Assembly: GCA_951406725.2 (NCBI GenBank)
Contig: OX597826.1
Span: forward strand, 24,738,001 to 24,802,000
Length of the DNA: 64,000 nucleotides
Reading direction: 5' to 3'
Origin: Octopus vulgaris
Lineage: Eukaryota
Of this stretch, positions 1 to 14,565 are shown in pieces. The notes beneath the pieces are model-generated. The model did no database searches. It saw only the letters and a program-made list of their open reading frames with translations, and was not told the DNA's origin. Positions within the stretch are counted from its first letter, which is position 1. Every line of letters starts with the position of its first letter. The translations under genes were made by a program, and so were the position numbers.

Positions 1-710
1 TGTCAAGTCCAACAGGAAACGGTGTTTCCGAGGGCTAAATAACTGTAGCATTCTTCCCTTTCATGGGTTTGTCACATTAAGTTGACAACATACTATCACT
101 TTATCGTTTTTTGTTAGTCTTTATCTTTTCTCCTGACTTACACAAAAATTTTTAGTTCAAAGACGGAGAAGTCTAAATTGAACTCAACTGTTCTTATCAT
201 TGCCCACTTAATAACGTGTTTGCAACAAAGTTTGTTACTTGAATACAAATTTGGAAACATGGCGATTGGTGGTGGTGGTGGTGGTGCTCTGGTGATGTTG
301 CTGTTGGCTGAAAATGCGGAGAGCTTATCAAATGTTATCAGAGGTTGAGAAGCATTTGCACGTGGGAGCAAAAATATATTTATATCGAGTTCTGAGATAG
401 ATGGCGTGCGTTTCTGCAGCATTCTCCGATTATCATAGGTTCTTGACTAACTTCACCTTGATACGGAGCGATTTGCCGGCACATTCTGGCTGCGTTATAA
501 TGTCAAGCTTTTTTCTTGCTGACTCTGTGTGTGTATGTGTGCGCACGCGCACACGCACATATCTCTTTCTCTCTTTTACTTGTTTCAGTCATGTGACTGT
601 GGCCATGCTGGAGCACCGCCTTTAAATTTTAAAAACTTGTTGCCAACCTCCGGATGCCGAAATCCGGAAATGAACCAGAATATATATATATTTATATTCT
701 TTATTACGTT

Positions 711-2384
711 ACTAGCAGAGTTACCCGGCGTTGCCCGAGTTACATACAGTTGAAGAATTAGACTTTTCTGTTATATTTTCTGTAATGAACTGGAATACCT
801 ATGTTTCGAATTTAATCAAAATTGCAGATGAGGGTTATTTCCCTCTTTACACACCCAAACAAAATTGTAATCGTGCCACATGTATCCCATACTACTGATT
901 TTTATGCGCATATTCCAAAATTCCAGTCTTATAGAACCTGTTAAAAGGATTTTGCTCCTGAAAAATGGAGGTTATGGAGCTCTAAAATGTCAACCAGAGA
1001 AGTTGAATTGTTGAGAATCTTTTTAACTTGGGTCTTATATCTATTGTTTGAATGTCTTTGAAATAGGAAATATATGTTCACTGGGTTTGTAAAAGAGAGC
1101 AAAGCTACAGGAAACCAAAAGACGAATGATCACAATAAGCAGTCAGCTACAGTACCCTAGTCGTTACCACTCCCAATGTAGTATTCCTCACCATCAAGAT
1201 GACAGGCACAGCCATACGATGCATTACAAATCTATAGCAATTGGAAGGGTGTGACCTAACTGAAATAAACATTAACAACTGGGTGACGTGAGGGCTAAGG
1301 AGAAATGAAAGTTGGAGTTTGCAAATGACCACTATACTGATACGTAACTGGACAGAATAAATATACAATCTATAAATGTCTTTGAAAAACCAGTCACTCA
1401 TCTGGGAAGGCCTTGAAATCAATGTTACCATCTGGGGACTATGTGTGACCCAGTGATAATAAAAAGACTGAAAGGAGATCTGCAATCAAATAACTTTACT
1501 CAACACTTTGCAACTGAATCAGTGGAGGCAAAGGTGCCTCTCATTTACTTGACGCACATTGCAGAAATCACAATGTAAGTGTATGTCAAAGCAAAGTGTT
1601 ACACTGTTGTACCATTGAATTACAAATAATGCTCATCTTCTATGCTCGGATGACCCCACAGCTTCCAAGAGTACAACTATTCGCTTAGATAAAGTGACAA
1701 AATTGTGGGTGTTAAATCCCCATGAAGGGGTCTTTCTAACTTGTAAGAAGAGGAAATTTTATAGATATTATTTCATTTGTATCTAGTATCTAAGGTTAAA
1801 ATTTCATCAACAGCAAAAATATATGAATTATCATGGGGGTTGAGGCCCTTATGCATAGAATATAATTTCCAAATTTCGTAAAGATCCATTCAGTACTTTT
1901 GACTTAGTTTTGGATCATAAAAGAAATGACTAAAATTTCGGAGTTAAGGCCCCCATTAGGGTGTCTTAGAATCCTCATGTGAAGTGGGAACTTTGAGAAT
2001 ACTTCTTGATGTGTGTCAATTGCCCATGGTTGAAATTTCATCAACATCGAAAATTTATGAATTTTCGTGGGGGGTTCTGCCCCCTTTAAGCCATCTGAAA
2101 TTCAAACAAAACATATTGCATTATACCTGGCCTTATGCATTGAATCTAAGTTTCAAATATCATAAGGATCCATTCAGTAATTTTGGTCCATGAAATTGTA
2201 TGAAACACACAGCATTACCCTTCTCCCATGGCTTCGATTTTGTGTTCCAAATTTCATTATGATCGGTGCAGCAGTTTTCGAATGTATAAGTAATACACGA
2301 ATACATAAAGACATTATCTTTGATTTAATAAATATGAATGTACACATATACATACATACATACATACATACATACATACCATAC

Positions 2385-2475
<91 letters not shown>

Positions 2476-2507
2476 ATTTCGTAGACAGAAACTTAAAGTA
2501 ATCAATC

Positions 2508-2592
<85 letters not shown>

Positions 2593-3126
2593 TGTATGTA
2601 TGTATGTATGTATATACACACACACACACAAAGATATATTGTGTGGGCAAACAAAAATATGAGATACTGCCTAGTGGTTTTTCTTATTTTGATAAGCCTA
2701 GTACTTATTCTATCAATTTCTTCTTGTGAAACCAGTAAGTTATGGGGATGTAAATAAACGAACACCAGTTGTGAGGCAGTGATGAGGGAGAAACACAATG
2801 ACGCACACGCAGACTTACATACATATATATACATACATACATATATACATACATATATGTACGATTGATTTCTTTCAGTTTCTGCCTACATAATCCACTG
2901 ACAAGGCTTTGGTTGGTCTGAGGCTATAGCAGAAGACACATGCCAAGTCACCACACAGTGGGACTGAACCCAGGACCATGTGTTTTGGAACGAAGTTTGT
3001 TACCACACAGCTACACCTGCACCTACCTATGTATGTATGTGTGTGTGTGTGTGTGTGTGTATGTGTGTATGGGTGTATATATGCATGCATATGTGTGAAT
3101 ATATATGTGTACATATTACATGTACA

Positions 3127-3160
<34 letters not shown>

Positions 3161-3770
3161 TACACATATACATATACATCTATATGTATAGAAATAAATG
3201 TATACATATACAGCTATACACACATACACACACATACATAGGTGCAGGTGTGGCTGTGTGGTAACAAACTTCGTTCCAAAACACATGGTCCTGGGCTTAA
3301 ATTTAAATTTAAAATAATAAGGGTGAGAAATTGAATATTAATTTGATTAATATGAATTGAAAACCAGTGGTGTAGCATATAAGACCATAGCGGATCTTCT
3401 TCTAGCAAAATGGATGTCCACTGTTAATGGTTCATCCTTCTTATATAATAGTTTGACTTTAACAGTTTCAGTATTAAAGTGAAAGTATCTGACATTATAA
3501 TAGAGAGATGTTTTTGTTTCACTTTTAACACGTAATACCGAAATAGTGGAGAAGATGATATTGCTGTGGGCTCGCCCTAGGCAAGAAGTTAGAAATTTTT
3601 TTGCCCATGACATTACATGGACCCTAAGTAAGGCATATGTAAAATTTGAATGAAATTGGTTGTGTAGTTCTCAAGTTTTAGGGATTCATACAGACAGGCA
3701 GACAGACCGACAGACAGACCGACAAACAGACAGACAGACAGACACACATTCTCAGTTTTATATATATAGA
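711..3770 (-). mobile_element. Helitron-like termini enclosing nested repeats (extent uncertain)
   Basis: Reverse complement cgggcaacgccgggtaactctgCTAGt at 711-737; 5' tctatatatataaaactgagaatgtgtgtctg at 3770, similar to 19058-19210(+). Confidence 0.5.
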
Positions 3771-3871
3771 TAATTGACAGGCTCCGATTTCCAATATCCA
3801 GAGTTGCTGTTTTTTTTCAAACTTTCATAAATATACAGACAGTGGATATTCACAAGAAAATCAAGCTCAGT

Positions 3872-3930
<59 letters not shown>

Positions 3931-4748
3931 TTTTGGGATTTGGTTTGCAAGATTCTTTATATGAGTTCGTGTGTTGAAGCATATTCTTTTGTGTCTGGAG
4001 AGAGTCATTTTCTTTTTGTGCTTCATAATTTAACACACTCACCGGTAAAACTACCACAAAAACTAAGGGTCAGGTGTCAGTAGAGGACTGCTGCTGGAAT
4101 GAATGAAGAATAAGCTGTTTGCCAGTGGAGATTGGCAGTTGAGAGTTTACAGGTCATACTCTGAGAAATGCCTATAGAACCCTGGGCATTTCAAGATCTT
4201 GTAGAAGAACCACCATGAACAACGTAGAAATAGCTGAGAAAGTGTCTAGATGGCACTGACTGAAACAGGTGATCTGTGGGGTCAGTAGAATGTCACTTGG
4301 ACACGGGCCTAGGCTGGATCAACCTAGGTCTGGTCACCTGGATGAGGGTATATGGTGTATGATCTGAAACATCCAATGATTCCAGGATACAATGCCGACG
4401 ATGTGTTCAAGCTTTGCATTTGTAGATGTAGTACTTGAACCGCAACTCCAACACAGTTTTTGGCTTGTGGTAGTTATGTTTTCTCATAAGGTTTCATTAG
4501 AAGAAAGAAGGTGGCTTCCTCATGACCTTTTGTAGATACCTCAAATCATCAGCTGCTGCAGCATCGAAGTAAAGGACCAGGTGTTCAAGTTAGCTGCACG
4601 CCGAAGAGCTGATTCGAATTCTTTCAACAGAGTACTTTCACGGCGAAAGTACTTTAAAGCCAGGTGGTAGAGATGTTTAATTAGTAACGGCGTGCGCATG
4701 CGTGTATAGGTATGTGTGTCTTTGTAGTTGCGAAAGAGAGAGGGGGTT

Positions 4749-4779
<31 letters not shown>

Positions 4780-5196
4780 GGAGGGAGGGAGGGAGAAAAG
4801 AGAACAGTAGGCAATACCGAACACAATATAACTACAGAAGCTAACGATCAAAGTATTTACGGTGCCGTGTTTATTCAACATTTGTAAACAATGGCTCAAA
4901 CACTTGAGCGCTGTTCTGTTTAAATTGGTAAACACATTGTAACGTGTTTTCTGGAACACTTAGATAGTTCTGAAGATACACTTTCAATTATTTTTGCCTG
5001 GTAGGCGTTTTGTTTTCCTCTAAGAACAGGTTTTTCTCTTCTTTGTCACACTCTCTTCTAAATACCACCCACGTTCCACATACACGCGCGCACACATACA
5101 TGTATGTATGTATGCATGTATGTATGAATGTTTATATATGTTTATCAAATCAAATTGTTATATATATATATATACAACAACAACAACAACAACAAC

Positions 5197-5254
<58 letters not shown>

Positions 5255-5283
5255 TTAATAATAACAACAACAACAATAATATA

Positions 5284-5402
5284 GATCTAGTTTGGATTCT
5301 TTACCATCAAATTTGAATTCTTTGCCATCAAATTTGAATTCTTTGCCATCAAATTTGAATTCTTCGCAATCAAATTTGATGGTAAAGAATCCAAACTAGA
5401 TC
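5284..5402. repeat. Hairpin with about 33-bp perfect arms around a 21-bp tandem repeat
   Basis: gatctagtttggattctttaccatcaaatttga and its reverse complement; aattctttgccatcaaatttg repeated inside. Confidence 0.85.
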
Positions 5403-5606
5403 GAAAATATCTATAATAATATTAGGGAATAAATTATTATTCCATCCTTACAGGTAAAATTCAGTATAATAATATTAGACCGAATTTCGTAATATATAAT
5501 ATATAATGTATGTATATAACTAATTTAGAGACGAACCACTATTCCAAAAATCAGTCAATGAAGAACCCGTCCAAAACCATGCTGTGAGACATGGTCTCTA
5601 AATTAG

Positions 5607-5648
<42 letters not shown>

Positions 5649-5650
<2 letters not shown>

Positions 5651-7058
5651 CATAAGGGACTAAAGCCATCTGAATATGGCTAGGGACAGGGCAGGGTGGT
5701 GGGGTGTTACTGTTGCATTTAGCCCCAGGCGAACATCGACGTCACCAGAAAGGCCCGACACCGTCACGGTGTCCTTAACCTGCAAAGGGAGGTAATTCCC
5801 CGATGAAGCGGAAACCACACACGGACCATGGTTTCAAGGTGTATTGCCTATCGTCGGCGTGTGGTAGGCTTCCGCTTCCTCGACGAATTCTCACTCTGCA
5901 GGATATTCATATATAGATTTTCAAGCAAAATACATTTGCTGATTTCGAAAATCTGTTCGAAAGCAATAATAATTCTCTAAAAGAGATATAGACAGTAACT
6001 GCTCGATAACATAAGGGACTAAAGCCATCTGAATATGGCTAGGGACATGGCAGGGTGGTGGGGGTGTTACTGTTGCATTTAGCCCCAGGCGAACATCGAC
6101 GTCACCAGAAAGGCCCGACACCGTCACGGTGTCCTTAACCTGCAAAGGGAGGTAATTCCCCGATGAAGCGGAAACCACACACGGACCATGGTTTCAAGGT
6201 GTATTGCCTATCGTCGGCGTGTGGTAGGCTTCCGCTTCCTCGACGAATTCTCACTCTGCAGGATATTCATATATAGATTTTCAAGCAAAATACATTTGCT
6301 GATTTCGAAAATCTGTTCGAAAGCAATAATAATTCTCTAAAAGAGATATAGACAGTAACTGCTCGATAAGGGACTAAAGCCATCTGAATATGGCTAGGGA
6401 CAGGGCAGGGTGGTGGGGGTGTTACTGTTGCATTTAGCCCCAGGCGAACATCGACGTCACCAGAAAGGCCCGACACCGTCACGGTGTCCTTAACCTGCAA
6501 AGGGAGGTAATTTACCTCCCTTTGCAGGTTAAGGACACCGTGACGGTGTCGGGCCTTTCTGGTGACGTCGATGTTCGCCTGGGGCTAAATGCAACAGTAA
6601 CACCCCCACCACCCTGCCTGTCCCTAGCCATATTCAGATGGCTTTAGTCCCTTATGTTATCGAGCAGTTACTGTCTATATCTCTTTTAGAGAATTATTAT
6701 TGCTTTCGAACAGATTTTCGAAATCAGCAAATGTATTTTGCTTGAAAATCTATATATGAATATCCTGCAGAGTGAGAATTCGTCGAGGAATGCGGAAGCC
6801 TACCACACGCCGACGATAGGCAATACACCTTGAAACCATGGTCCGTGTGTGGTTTCCGCTTCATCGGGGAATTACCTCCCTTTGCAGGTTAAGGACACCG
6901 TGACGGTGTCGGGCCTTTCTGGTGACGTCGATGTTCGCCTGGGGCTAAATGCAACAGTAACACCCCACCACCCTGCCCTGTCCCTAGCCATATTCAGATG
7001 GCTTTAGTCCCTTATGTTATCGAGCAGTTACTGTCTATATCTCTTTTAGAGAATTATT
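5649..7058. repeat. 360-bp HHR-containing tandem repeat (about 2.4 units on -) fused to an inverted array (about 1.5 units on +); retrozyme/Penelope pLTR-like
   Basis: Near-identical 360-bp period; palindrome centre at 6511; (TA)n on both flanks; HHR motifs at 5818-5863(-), 6178-6223(-), 6804-6849(+). Confidence 0.88.
6804..6849 (+). ncRNA. Minimal type I hammerhead ribozyme motif (CCGACGA core variant)
   Basis: cacacg-CCGACGA-t agg..cct t-GAAA-ccatgg-TC-cgtgtg; palindromic stem III ACCATGGT. Confidence 0.72.
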
Positions 7059-7622
7059 ATATATATATATATATATATATAATCAAAGCAATTAAGTAGT
7101 TTTGCACGGAGAGCAATAACATGGCAAATTACCTTATCATATAGCATGAAATGATTGTGGATTAATAATGGTTAAACACATCGTCTGTGAGTATGAAATT
7201 CCTCATCTTACCACTGGAAATGTAAATCTTCACTTTTCTGTGAAGCTAATAAGTCTTTAAAAACCTGTGATAAGTCTGTGCATCATCCTCCTCATATCTC
7301 TGGAAATTTAAATCTACACTATGGATTGATTCATCTTCTCTTCGAAACTAATAAGTTTTTTAAAAATCTGTGATAAGACTGTGCATCATCATTAAGGAAC
7401 TTTGGAAAACTGTTTACAACCTATATCTGCCTCTAATGGAACTATCTCCAATATTTCATGAGTATAACCTCACCCACTAAGATGTCTAGAGAACTCAAAT
7501 GTATTTTAGCTGATGAGTACGGGACACTTTTATCTGCTGCAATTTTTGCAACTTGTAATAAAGCCTGTCTTTGTATGAAACAATTGTACTAAAAACTAAT
7601 CCATTCTTGTTGCTTCTTTCTC

Positions 7623-7683
<61 letters not shown>

Positions 7684-7749
7684 TATATGTATATATATAT
7701 ATGTATGTATCAAATGAAATAAAATGAAAAACAGGACACAAAGGATGTC

Positions 7750-7842
7750 GCGGTACATATGTTTCGAGCTCTATAGAACAACTTATTCTTACATCAATGC
7801 ATGATCGACATAACAGATAGTTCAAAAGCCCTCTTCAGCCGC
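7750..7842 (-). ncRNA. Type I hammerhead motif with long loop II
   Basis: Minus strand gcgg-CTGAAGA-gggct...agctc-GAAA-catatg-TA-ccgc; palindrome ACATATGT. Confidence 0.75.
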
Positions 7843-8166
7843 ATGCAATTGCTACACCAAAGACTGGTATCACATTATGAAAGGTTTGAGAAAAAACATT
7901 TGGTATTGTTTATAATGGTAGGTAAACCGAGTATCACTGGGAAAGTATGTAAACAATTGCTGCGTGGAAGGTGTTTATAAGCCATTTGTCAGTGAACAGG
8001 TCGCGGTCTCAAAGCAACGAAAATATTTTGACAAATTAAATTTAAATGTTGAAGTGAATCTAACGGTTTTTGTGTGTTTCTTAAATGCTTATAAACACCT
8101 TCCACGCTGCAATTGTTTTCGTTCCAGCACACGATCTCAGATCAGGTCACTTGCTATGCAAGTACA

Positions 8167-8238
<72 letters not shown>

Positions 8239-8241
<3 letters not shown>

Positions 8242-9076
8242 TACTAATAATATAGGATGAAGTTTTTTTCTCCACAGAAAAGAATTCCACCAAGAAATGT
8301 GGCAGCATATTAAAAAATACCTTTACGGTTAAAATTATAAACAACTTATAAGCGAGGGCTAAAGAAGATTATTCCAAAGCCAATATACTGATTTTCCACA
8401 TATAATCCACTTGCAATAGAAATTGAACTGAAGTCGGGCAAACTAACCGTTAGAATATTTAAATTTCGTTATCTCTATATTGAATCAATTTCGGAATTAA
8501 CCTCATAAAGGATTCATTCTTCATCGGTAGAGCTTACGAGAGAATATAATTAAGATACTTACATGCGCCTATGGGAAAAGCCGAAGCAAAGAACATAAGT
8601 ACATTTAAGTGCCTCAGTTATATCTAAAAATAAAAATTCTTTGGTCAGTCTCAGAACAACGTGTTGATTGTTGGCCGTTACAGATTGTAATGGTTACCAG
8701 TCCCTATAGCAATCAGTAATAAGTCTACTACTAATAATATAGAATGAAGTTTTTTTCTCTACAGAAAAGAATTCCATCAAGAAATGTGGCAGCATATTAA
8801 AAAATACATTTACGGTTAAAATTATAAACAACTTATAAGCGAGGGCTAAAGAAGATTATTCCAAAGCCAATATACTGATTTTCCACATATAATCCACTTG
8901 CTATAGAAATTGAACTGAAGTCGAAATTCCGAAATTGATTCAAATAGAGATAACGAAATTTAAATATTCTAACGGTTAGTTTGCCCGACTTCAGTTCAAT
9001 TTCTATAGCAAGTGGATTATATGTGGAAAATCAGTATATTGGCTTTGGAATAATCTTCTTTAGCCTCGCTTATAAG

Positions 9077-9078
<2 letters not shown>
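8239..9078. repeat. About 488-bp unit in partial tandem plus an inverted segment, (TA)n-flanked, with an HHR motif at 8473-8532(-)
   Basis: ctactaataatatag recurs at 8241 and about 8728; about 8925-9078 is an inverted copy; ctcta-CCGATGA-a gaat..attc c-GAAA-ttgattcaa-TA-tagag. Confidence 0.75.
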
Positions 9079-9133
<55 letters not shown>

Positions 9134-9157
9134 CATACATACATGCATACATACATA

Positions 9158-9373
9158 TAGTAATCCCTTGCCATATCGCGGTTTATACTATTTAAGCTTA
9201 CGTCGATTCATCCGTGTTGTTGTTTTGCATTTATAATAAAATAAATATATACAAATTATAAAAATTACAAAAAAAAAAAAGAATATACAGCACATTACTG
9301 TTTCTACTTTGCGGAATTTCACCTATCGCGGAGGGTGGTTTGGAACATAACTGCGATAATCGAGGGATTACTG
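9158..9373. mobile_element. Small Tigger-like MITE
   Basis: Ends tagtaatcccttg / cgagggattactg, TA flanks. Confidence 0.65.
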
Positions 9374-9702
9374 TATATCTTTTAAATTTGTTCACGGGAA
9401 ACGTTTTGAATATGCAAATGAAGCTCCTATTTCATTATGTCGGCCACAACTTTATTATACCTCAGTCGACCTTCTGACTGGCCAAGAGTGATAAACGACC
9501 TCAGTTAAGCATCCACAAATACTTTATCGCCTGAAGAAATGAATCCATGAAGATGATCTATCCGATGCCCATGGAAACTACGGACTATTTTGTAATCACC
9601 CCAGGAACACGGACTGTGATCTTAAGAGACATGTGATCCATGGTAACGCGCGCAGCGATGCATTAAAAGTTCCATCCAAGGATTATTGTTATTATTACTA
9701 TG

Positions 9703-9736
<34 letters not shown>

Positions 9737-9824
9737 AGAATTACAATTTGATTTGATAATCATGCATCTCACTCTCTCTCCCTGTCTCTCTTTGTCGCTG
9801 TCTCTGCCTCTCTCTCTCTGTGTA

Positions 9825-9895
<71 letters not shown>

Positions 9896-10090
9896 ATATA
9901 TATATATATCGCCATGATAGATCGCTAGCTACTACACGTTCTTTACTTTCTCTCTTTTTCCGTTCTGTGGAAGAGCGTAGGATCGAAACGTTAAAGACTT
10001 TTTCACTTTCCGAGCGTTAAACTAATACATATGTTTGTTGTCTACACCACCTGTCTTCATCTTTTGTTTTTTTGAGAATTCTCCCCCTCC

Positions 10091-10121
<31 letters not shown>

Positions 10122-11140
10122 CATACATACATACACATACATATATTTATATATTATGCACACACAAATAAGTACATAGGAGCAAAACAAGATTGTGAAA
10201 AATAGTTCTCGAATGCCAAAGATAGAATAAAATTCTGTTTCCTTAAAGCTGAAGAAAATTCACCAACAATTACTCAGATTTCCACGTGACTGCTCGTCAG
10301 ACAATTGTGGTAATACGTACAAAATAAGCCGTTTCTCTGTAGCATTTTGCAGGCTTCTTTTTTTCGGTCTACAAGGGCATTTTACTGGATCCACTGAAAT
10401 ATTTTCAGTTATTCTCCTGCGTTCGAAACTTCCTTCATTTCTAAAATGCCTTCTCAATCGACGCTTCAGTGTTTGTTAGGGATTCTTTGACGACAATGTA
10501 ACCTACATTTAATTGATGAGTAGCTAGTGGAGTACTCCTCGTTGAGTAATTATTATTTCCGAGGTTTTGCTAGCTAGGAAACATATGTAGCTTGGATATT
10601 ACCTGCTCCTTTCCTTCAACTTGGATTTTTATTCGGATTCATAGCGACATTAGATACTAACCGTGAACTATAAAGAAAGTTTTTTTCAGCTTATCGAACA
10701 GAAAAAATCTGTCAATAAATTATTACTGTTCCTGAAAGTTGTTCTTTTATACCTACCACGGACTGCTCGAAACTTAATAACTTTCTATACCTGCATCCTT
10801 TGATCTGACAATTACATATCCTTATATATAGTAAATCCAAACATGAATAAGCAAGAACAAACAACAACGCGTACGGTGTTATTGGACGCTCAGGAAAGGA
10901 AAGAAAAGAAAGAGGATTTTACGTTTCGAGCGGAGCTCTTCGTCAGAAATATAGAAAAAGTTCAAAGAAGGGAAGACGGAGAAAGAAAATCGCCAACGAT
11001 ACACATGCGGTCACATATTGAAATGACCGGAAGGGAATGGGTGAAGAAAAAGTTCTTTCAAAGACAGGAGAGTGCAAGAGAAGGAGGTATGTGTGTGTAT
11101 GTGTGGGTATGTGTGTGCGCGCAGATCTGTGTGTGTGCAA

Positions 11141-11171
<31 letters not shown>

Positions 11172-11175
<4 letters not shown>

Positions 11176-11588
11176 GATAAATCTCAGAGCGAGTTATAGC
11201 GAGGGTTAGCCATATTCAAATGGCAAATATGCGTCACGATGTGTTACCGCTACTGTTTATAACTCGCTCTGAGATTTATCATTGTTTGATTTCACTTTTT
11301 CAATATCAGTGTCAATCGACACTGGAAAAAGTATATGTATTTGTGAAGGGAGCTGACTTCTCGTCGACAACCATGATTGTCACACGCTGATGTAAGGTAA
11401 ACACCTTGAAACTCGGGTCCGTGTGTATTATGAGTTGAAGACGGGGAGGATGACTCCCCTTCACAAATACTGAGAGGACACAGATAGTGTGTCTATAGTC
11501 AGCTGGAGGAGATATCTTCCTGGGGCTACAAACTACAGTAGCATCCACCCTTAAGGGTTAGCCATATTCAAATGGCAAATATGCGTCA

Positions 11589-11592
<4 letters not shown>
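11172..11592 (+). repeat. About 350-bp HHR repeat (1.1 units plus a short inverted 5' piece); uninterrupted relative of the Tx1 target
   Basis: agggttagccatattcaaatggcaaatatgcgtcacgat repeated; HHR 11381-11425 cacacg-CTGATGt-a aggt aaac acct t-GAAA-ctcggg-TC-cgtgtg. Confidence 0.8.
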
Positions 11593-11627
<35 letters not shown>

Positions 11628-11868
11628 GGTCCCGGGTTGAGTCGGGGTTAACCACAGTAAATAAGGTACTCAATACATAGCAGAGTAAAGTAATTTATTT
11701 TATAGAAGGAGCGACTACAGGACTAGAACTGTTTCATTCAGATGAAATCTTCAGAGACGTAGGTGTGGCTGTGTGGTATGAGGTTTGCTTCACAACCACA
11801 TGGTTCCTGGTTCAGTCCTACTGCGAGATACCGTGGGCAAGTGTCTTCCACTAAAGCCACGGTCAGAC

Positions 11869-11899
<31 letters not shown>

Positions 11900-12469
11900 G
11901 ACAAAGAGAGAGCGAGAGACAGACAGAGAGACAGAGGGTGTGTGAGAGCAGTTAAAGCCAAACTGCATCATGTTGAATGGCCGTTGTTTTTAAAATAAAA
12001 ATAAAATAAAAAGAAACGGACCTTTTCCGTGGTACGAAAATGATGTAAGGCGGGCAGAATAAATGGAGTCGGTAATTTTTTAGTTACCGTGCTCAGTACA
12101 AGACTAGCTTAGTACAAACTAAATAAATTAATTTAAAAAATAAATCAACTTAATTTAGAAGCACATTATTCGATCTTCAGTTGTATGTACCATATTTAAA
12201 GAAAAATATAAGAACTATAAAATATATTTACCTTCATTTATCCACATCAATTCATAACCCAAGGTATTCAGTATATTGAAAAAACGTGAGAGAAGGAGAA
12301 AAAACACTTCTTGATCCACATTCAAACACGCTTTCTAATCTGTCGCTGGGCCGATAGCGTCAAATTATGTATACATACATACATACATACATACATATTA
12401 TAAAATAATATAACAATCAGAACAGTAAAATAATTATATATTTATAAATATATATATATATATATATGA

Positions 12470-12869
12470 ATATGACGAGTTATAAACAGTAGCCTAAGGG
12501 TATATTTGGATGACTAACTGTATGCTACTGTAGTTGTAGCCCCAGGAGGACACCTCCTCCAGCTGGCTATAGACACACTTTCTGTGCCCTATCAGTATTT
12601 GCGAAGGGGATAGGGCACAGAAAGTGTGTCTATAGCCAGCTGGAGGAGGTGTCCTCCTGGGGCTACAAACTACAGTAGCATCCACCCTTAGGGGTTAGCC
12701 ATATTCAAATGGCAAATATACGTCACGATGTGTTGCTGCTACTGTTTATAACTCGCTCTGAGATTTATCATTGTTTGATTTCGCTTTTTCAATATCAGTG
12801 TCAATCGATACTGGAAAAAGTATATGTATTTGTGAAGGGAACCGACTTCTCATCGACAACCATGATTGT
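12470..12869 (+). repeat. Left part of the 350-bp HHR repeat interrupted by Tx1, with an inverted 5' arm
   Basis: About 12525-12610 is inverted relative to the following sequence; similar to 11204-11380; continues at 18183. Confidence 0.8.
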
Positions 12870-13101
12870 TACTTGTCTAGGGACACCTCTTTCATCTGCG
12901 TTTTGATAATTTTGCTGCCTTTTTGTTGAGTGAGTTCGTATTTTTTGTTCATCGTTGTTTGTGAATTATTACTCGTGAATTGAAGAGTTGTCCGTTGTGT
13001 AACAGTAATTTTCGCCCTACGGGGCAGAAAATTCTGTGTTTAAACATTGTCATTACCTTCGAGGTAATTTTTTTGAAACATTTTTTCTCATAATTTGAGA
13101 A

Positions 13102-14538
13102 ATGGATTTCGACTTGGCGTCGAAGAGTGACTTTCCCGTGATGGGAAAAGGTGAACCAAAGGATACCGAAGTCAAAAAACAGTCTTTTTCGGCCGCAGTG
13201 GGCGGAACCATAACGGATGTAGAATTTAAGATTGAACAATTATTCGAATACCGGAACTTGGTAAAAACGGAAGGAAATGAAATTAAACTGGTACCGCCGC
13301 AAGCGAAGATACAGGAAATAAAGGCAAAGACAGTTGTATACAAAGTTTATAGCAACAAAGAAAAAAATAATGGATGTCAAGAACGAGATAGTAGAAAAGT
13401 GCTTGTCCCCGGTGTGGGACAAAATTCGCCACGTTGTTCGAGGTGCTCGCAGCGCTACCGTTGAAGCACATTTCGACTCGGCTGATGTGGCAAGAGAGGT
13501 GTCAGCAATGACCTTGAAAAGTGAGGATATCATGTTGCTACCTTCGTATATGGGGAAAAGATCAGCCAAACTACATGTAGAGGATATACCGAGAAGGTAT
13601 GATATAATGTGGGTAGCAGCGGCAGTCCTGCACAACGTAGAGCGGGAAGTTTCAATTCTGCAGATGAGAAGGAGAGGGAAGGTGCACTGGAAAGGACAAA
13701 CGCTAGAACTCCTCGTTCAAGCAGAAAATAAGATACTAGAAAACTTACCCGATAGGGTATTTAATGAGGAGGGAACCTCAATGAGAGTGTCAGTGGAGGG
13801 GCGCACACCTAGGTGCTTCAAATGTGGCGAAAAGGGTCACGTCCGCTCAAACTACTTAAAAAAAAAAGAAAATCAACGAAGCTCCTCCTCAAAGTGCTTC
13901 AAACACTGAAAAAGAAAAGGCGGAAAAAGAACCCAAGACTGCGACAAGCAAAGGAACCGAAACAGAAGATTTTAATGAACAAATGGAATATACACAGGTG
14001 ACACACAAAAGAAAAAAAGATAACACCCTGGACTCCCCTCCCCAAACAAAGAAAAAATCAGCAAACACCGCAGACATACATACAAAACAAATTCCCCAGC
14101 CCTACCCCCACGGCACTGTATTCATTGGAACACAGTTCGCCAAGCCCCTCCCCATAAAACAAGATTTGAAAAAATTGTTTAAAAAAAATGATAAGATTAT
14201 AGCATTTGACGAGAAGAACGATAGGGTGTACAAATATTTCAAATTTTTCAAAATTTAAACTATTCAGTAAATCTACAGACACAAAATCAGCCACTCGCTT
14301 CGCAAAAATAAAGGAAGACGAGTGGAAGGAAAAAACACTACAAGAACATTTAAAGAATAATCTTATAAGAGATGTAACGAAGGAAATACTGGAGGGTAAA
14401 CTTATTATAACCCAGGCAACCACACCTACCCAGAGCCCGATGGCAACACCGGTTAAGAGCCCTGCAGCTACGACCACAAGGGAGGAAGAAGGGGAAGCAG
14501 GCAGATTTAAACTGTCATGCTCCCTGTCCCAACCGTAA
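13102..14538 (+). pseudogene. Tx1 ORF1 (nucleic-acid-binding, zinc knuckle), broken into several frames
   Basis: VEGRTPRCFKCGEKGHVRSNY (last knuckle Cys lost); similar to the ORF at 19655; frameshifts in A-runs. Confidence 0.85.
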
Positions 14539-14565
14539 GTTTGTTTATTTTTTCTCTCACCGACA

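Noticed and set aside
138-1700. ORFs 138-422(-) and 1147-1485(-)
   Set aside because: No recognisable motifs or splice structure
5649-6510. Repeat array as CRISPR-like
   Set aside because: Long identical units without unique spacers, in a eukaryotic context with no cas genes
9526-11760. Further HHR-like traces near 9526-9660(+), 10262-10310(-) and 11715-11760(-), also 31910-32020(-) and 45737-45802(-)
   Set aside because: Core or stems too degenerate to call by eye; possibly decayed copies
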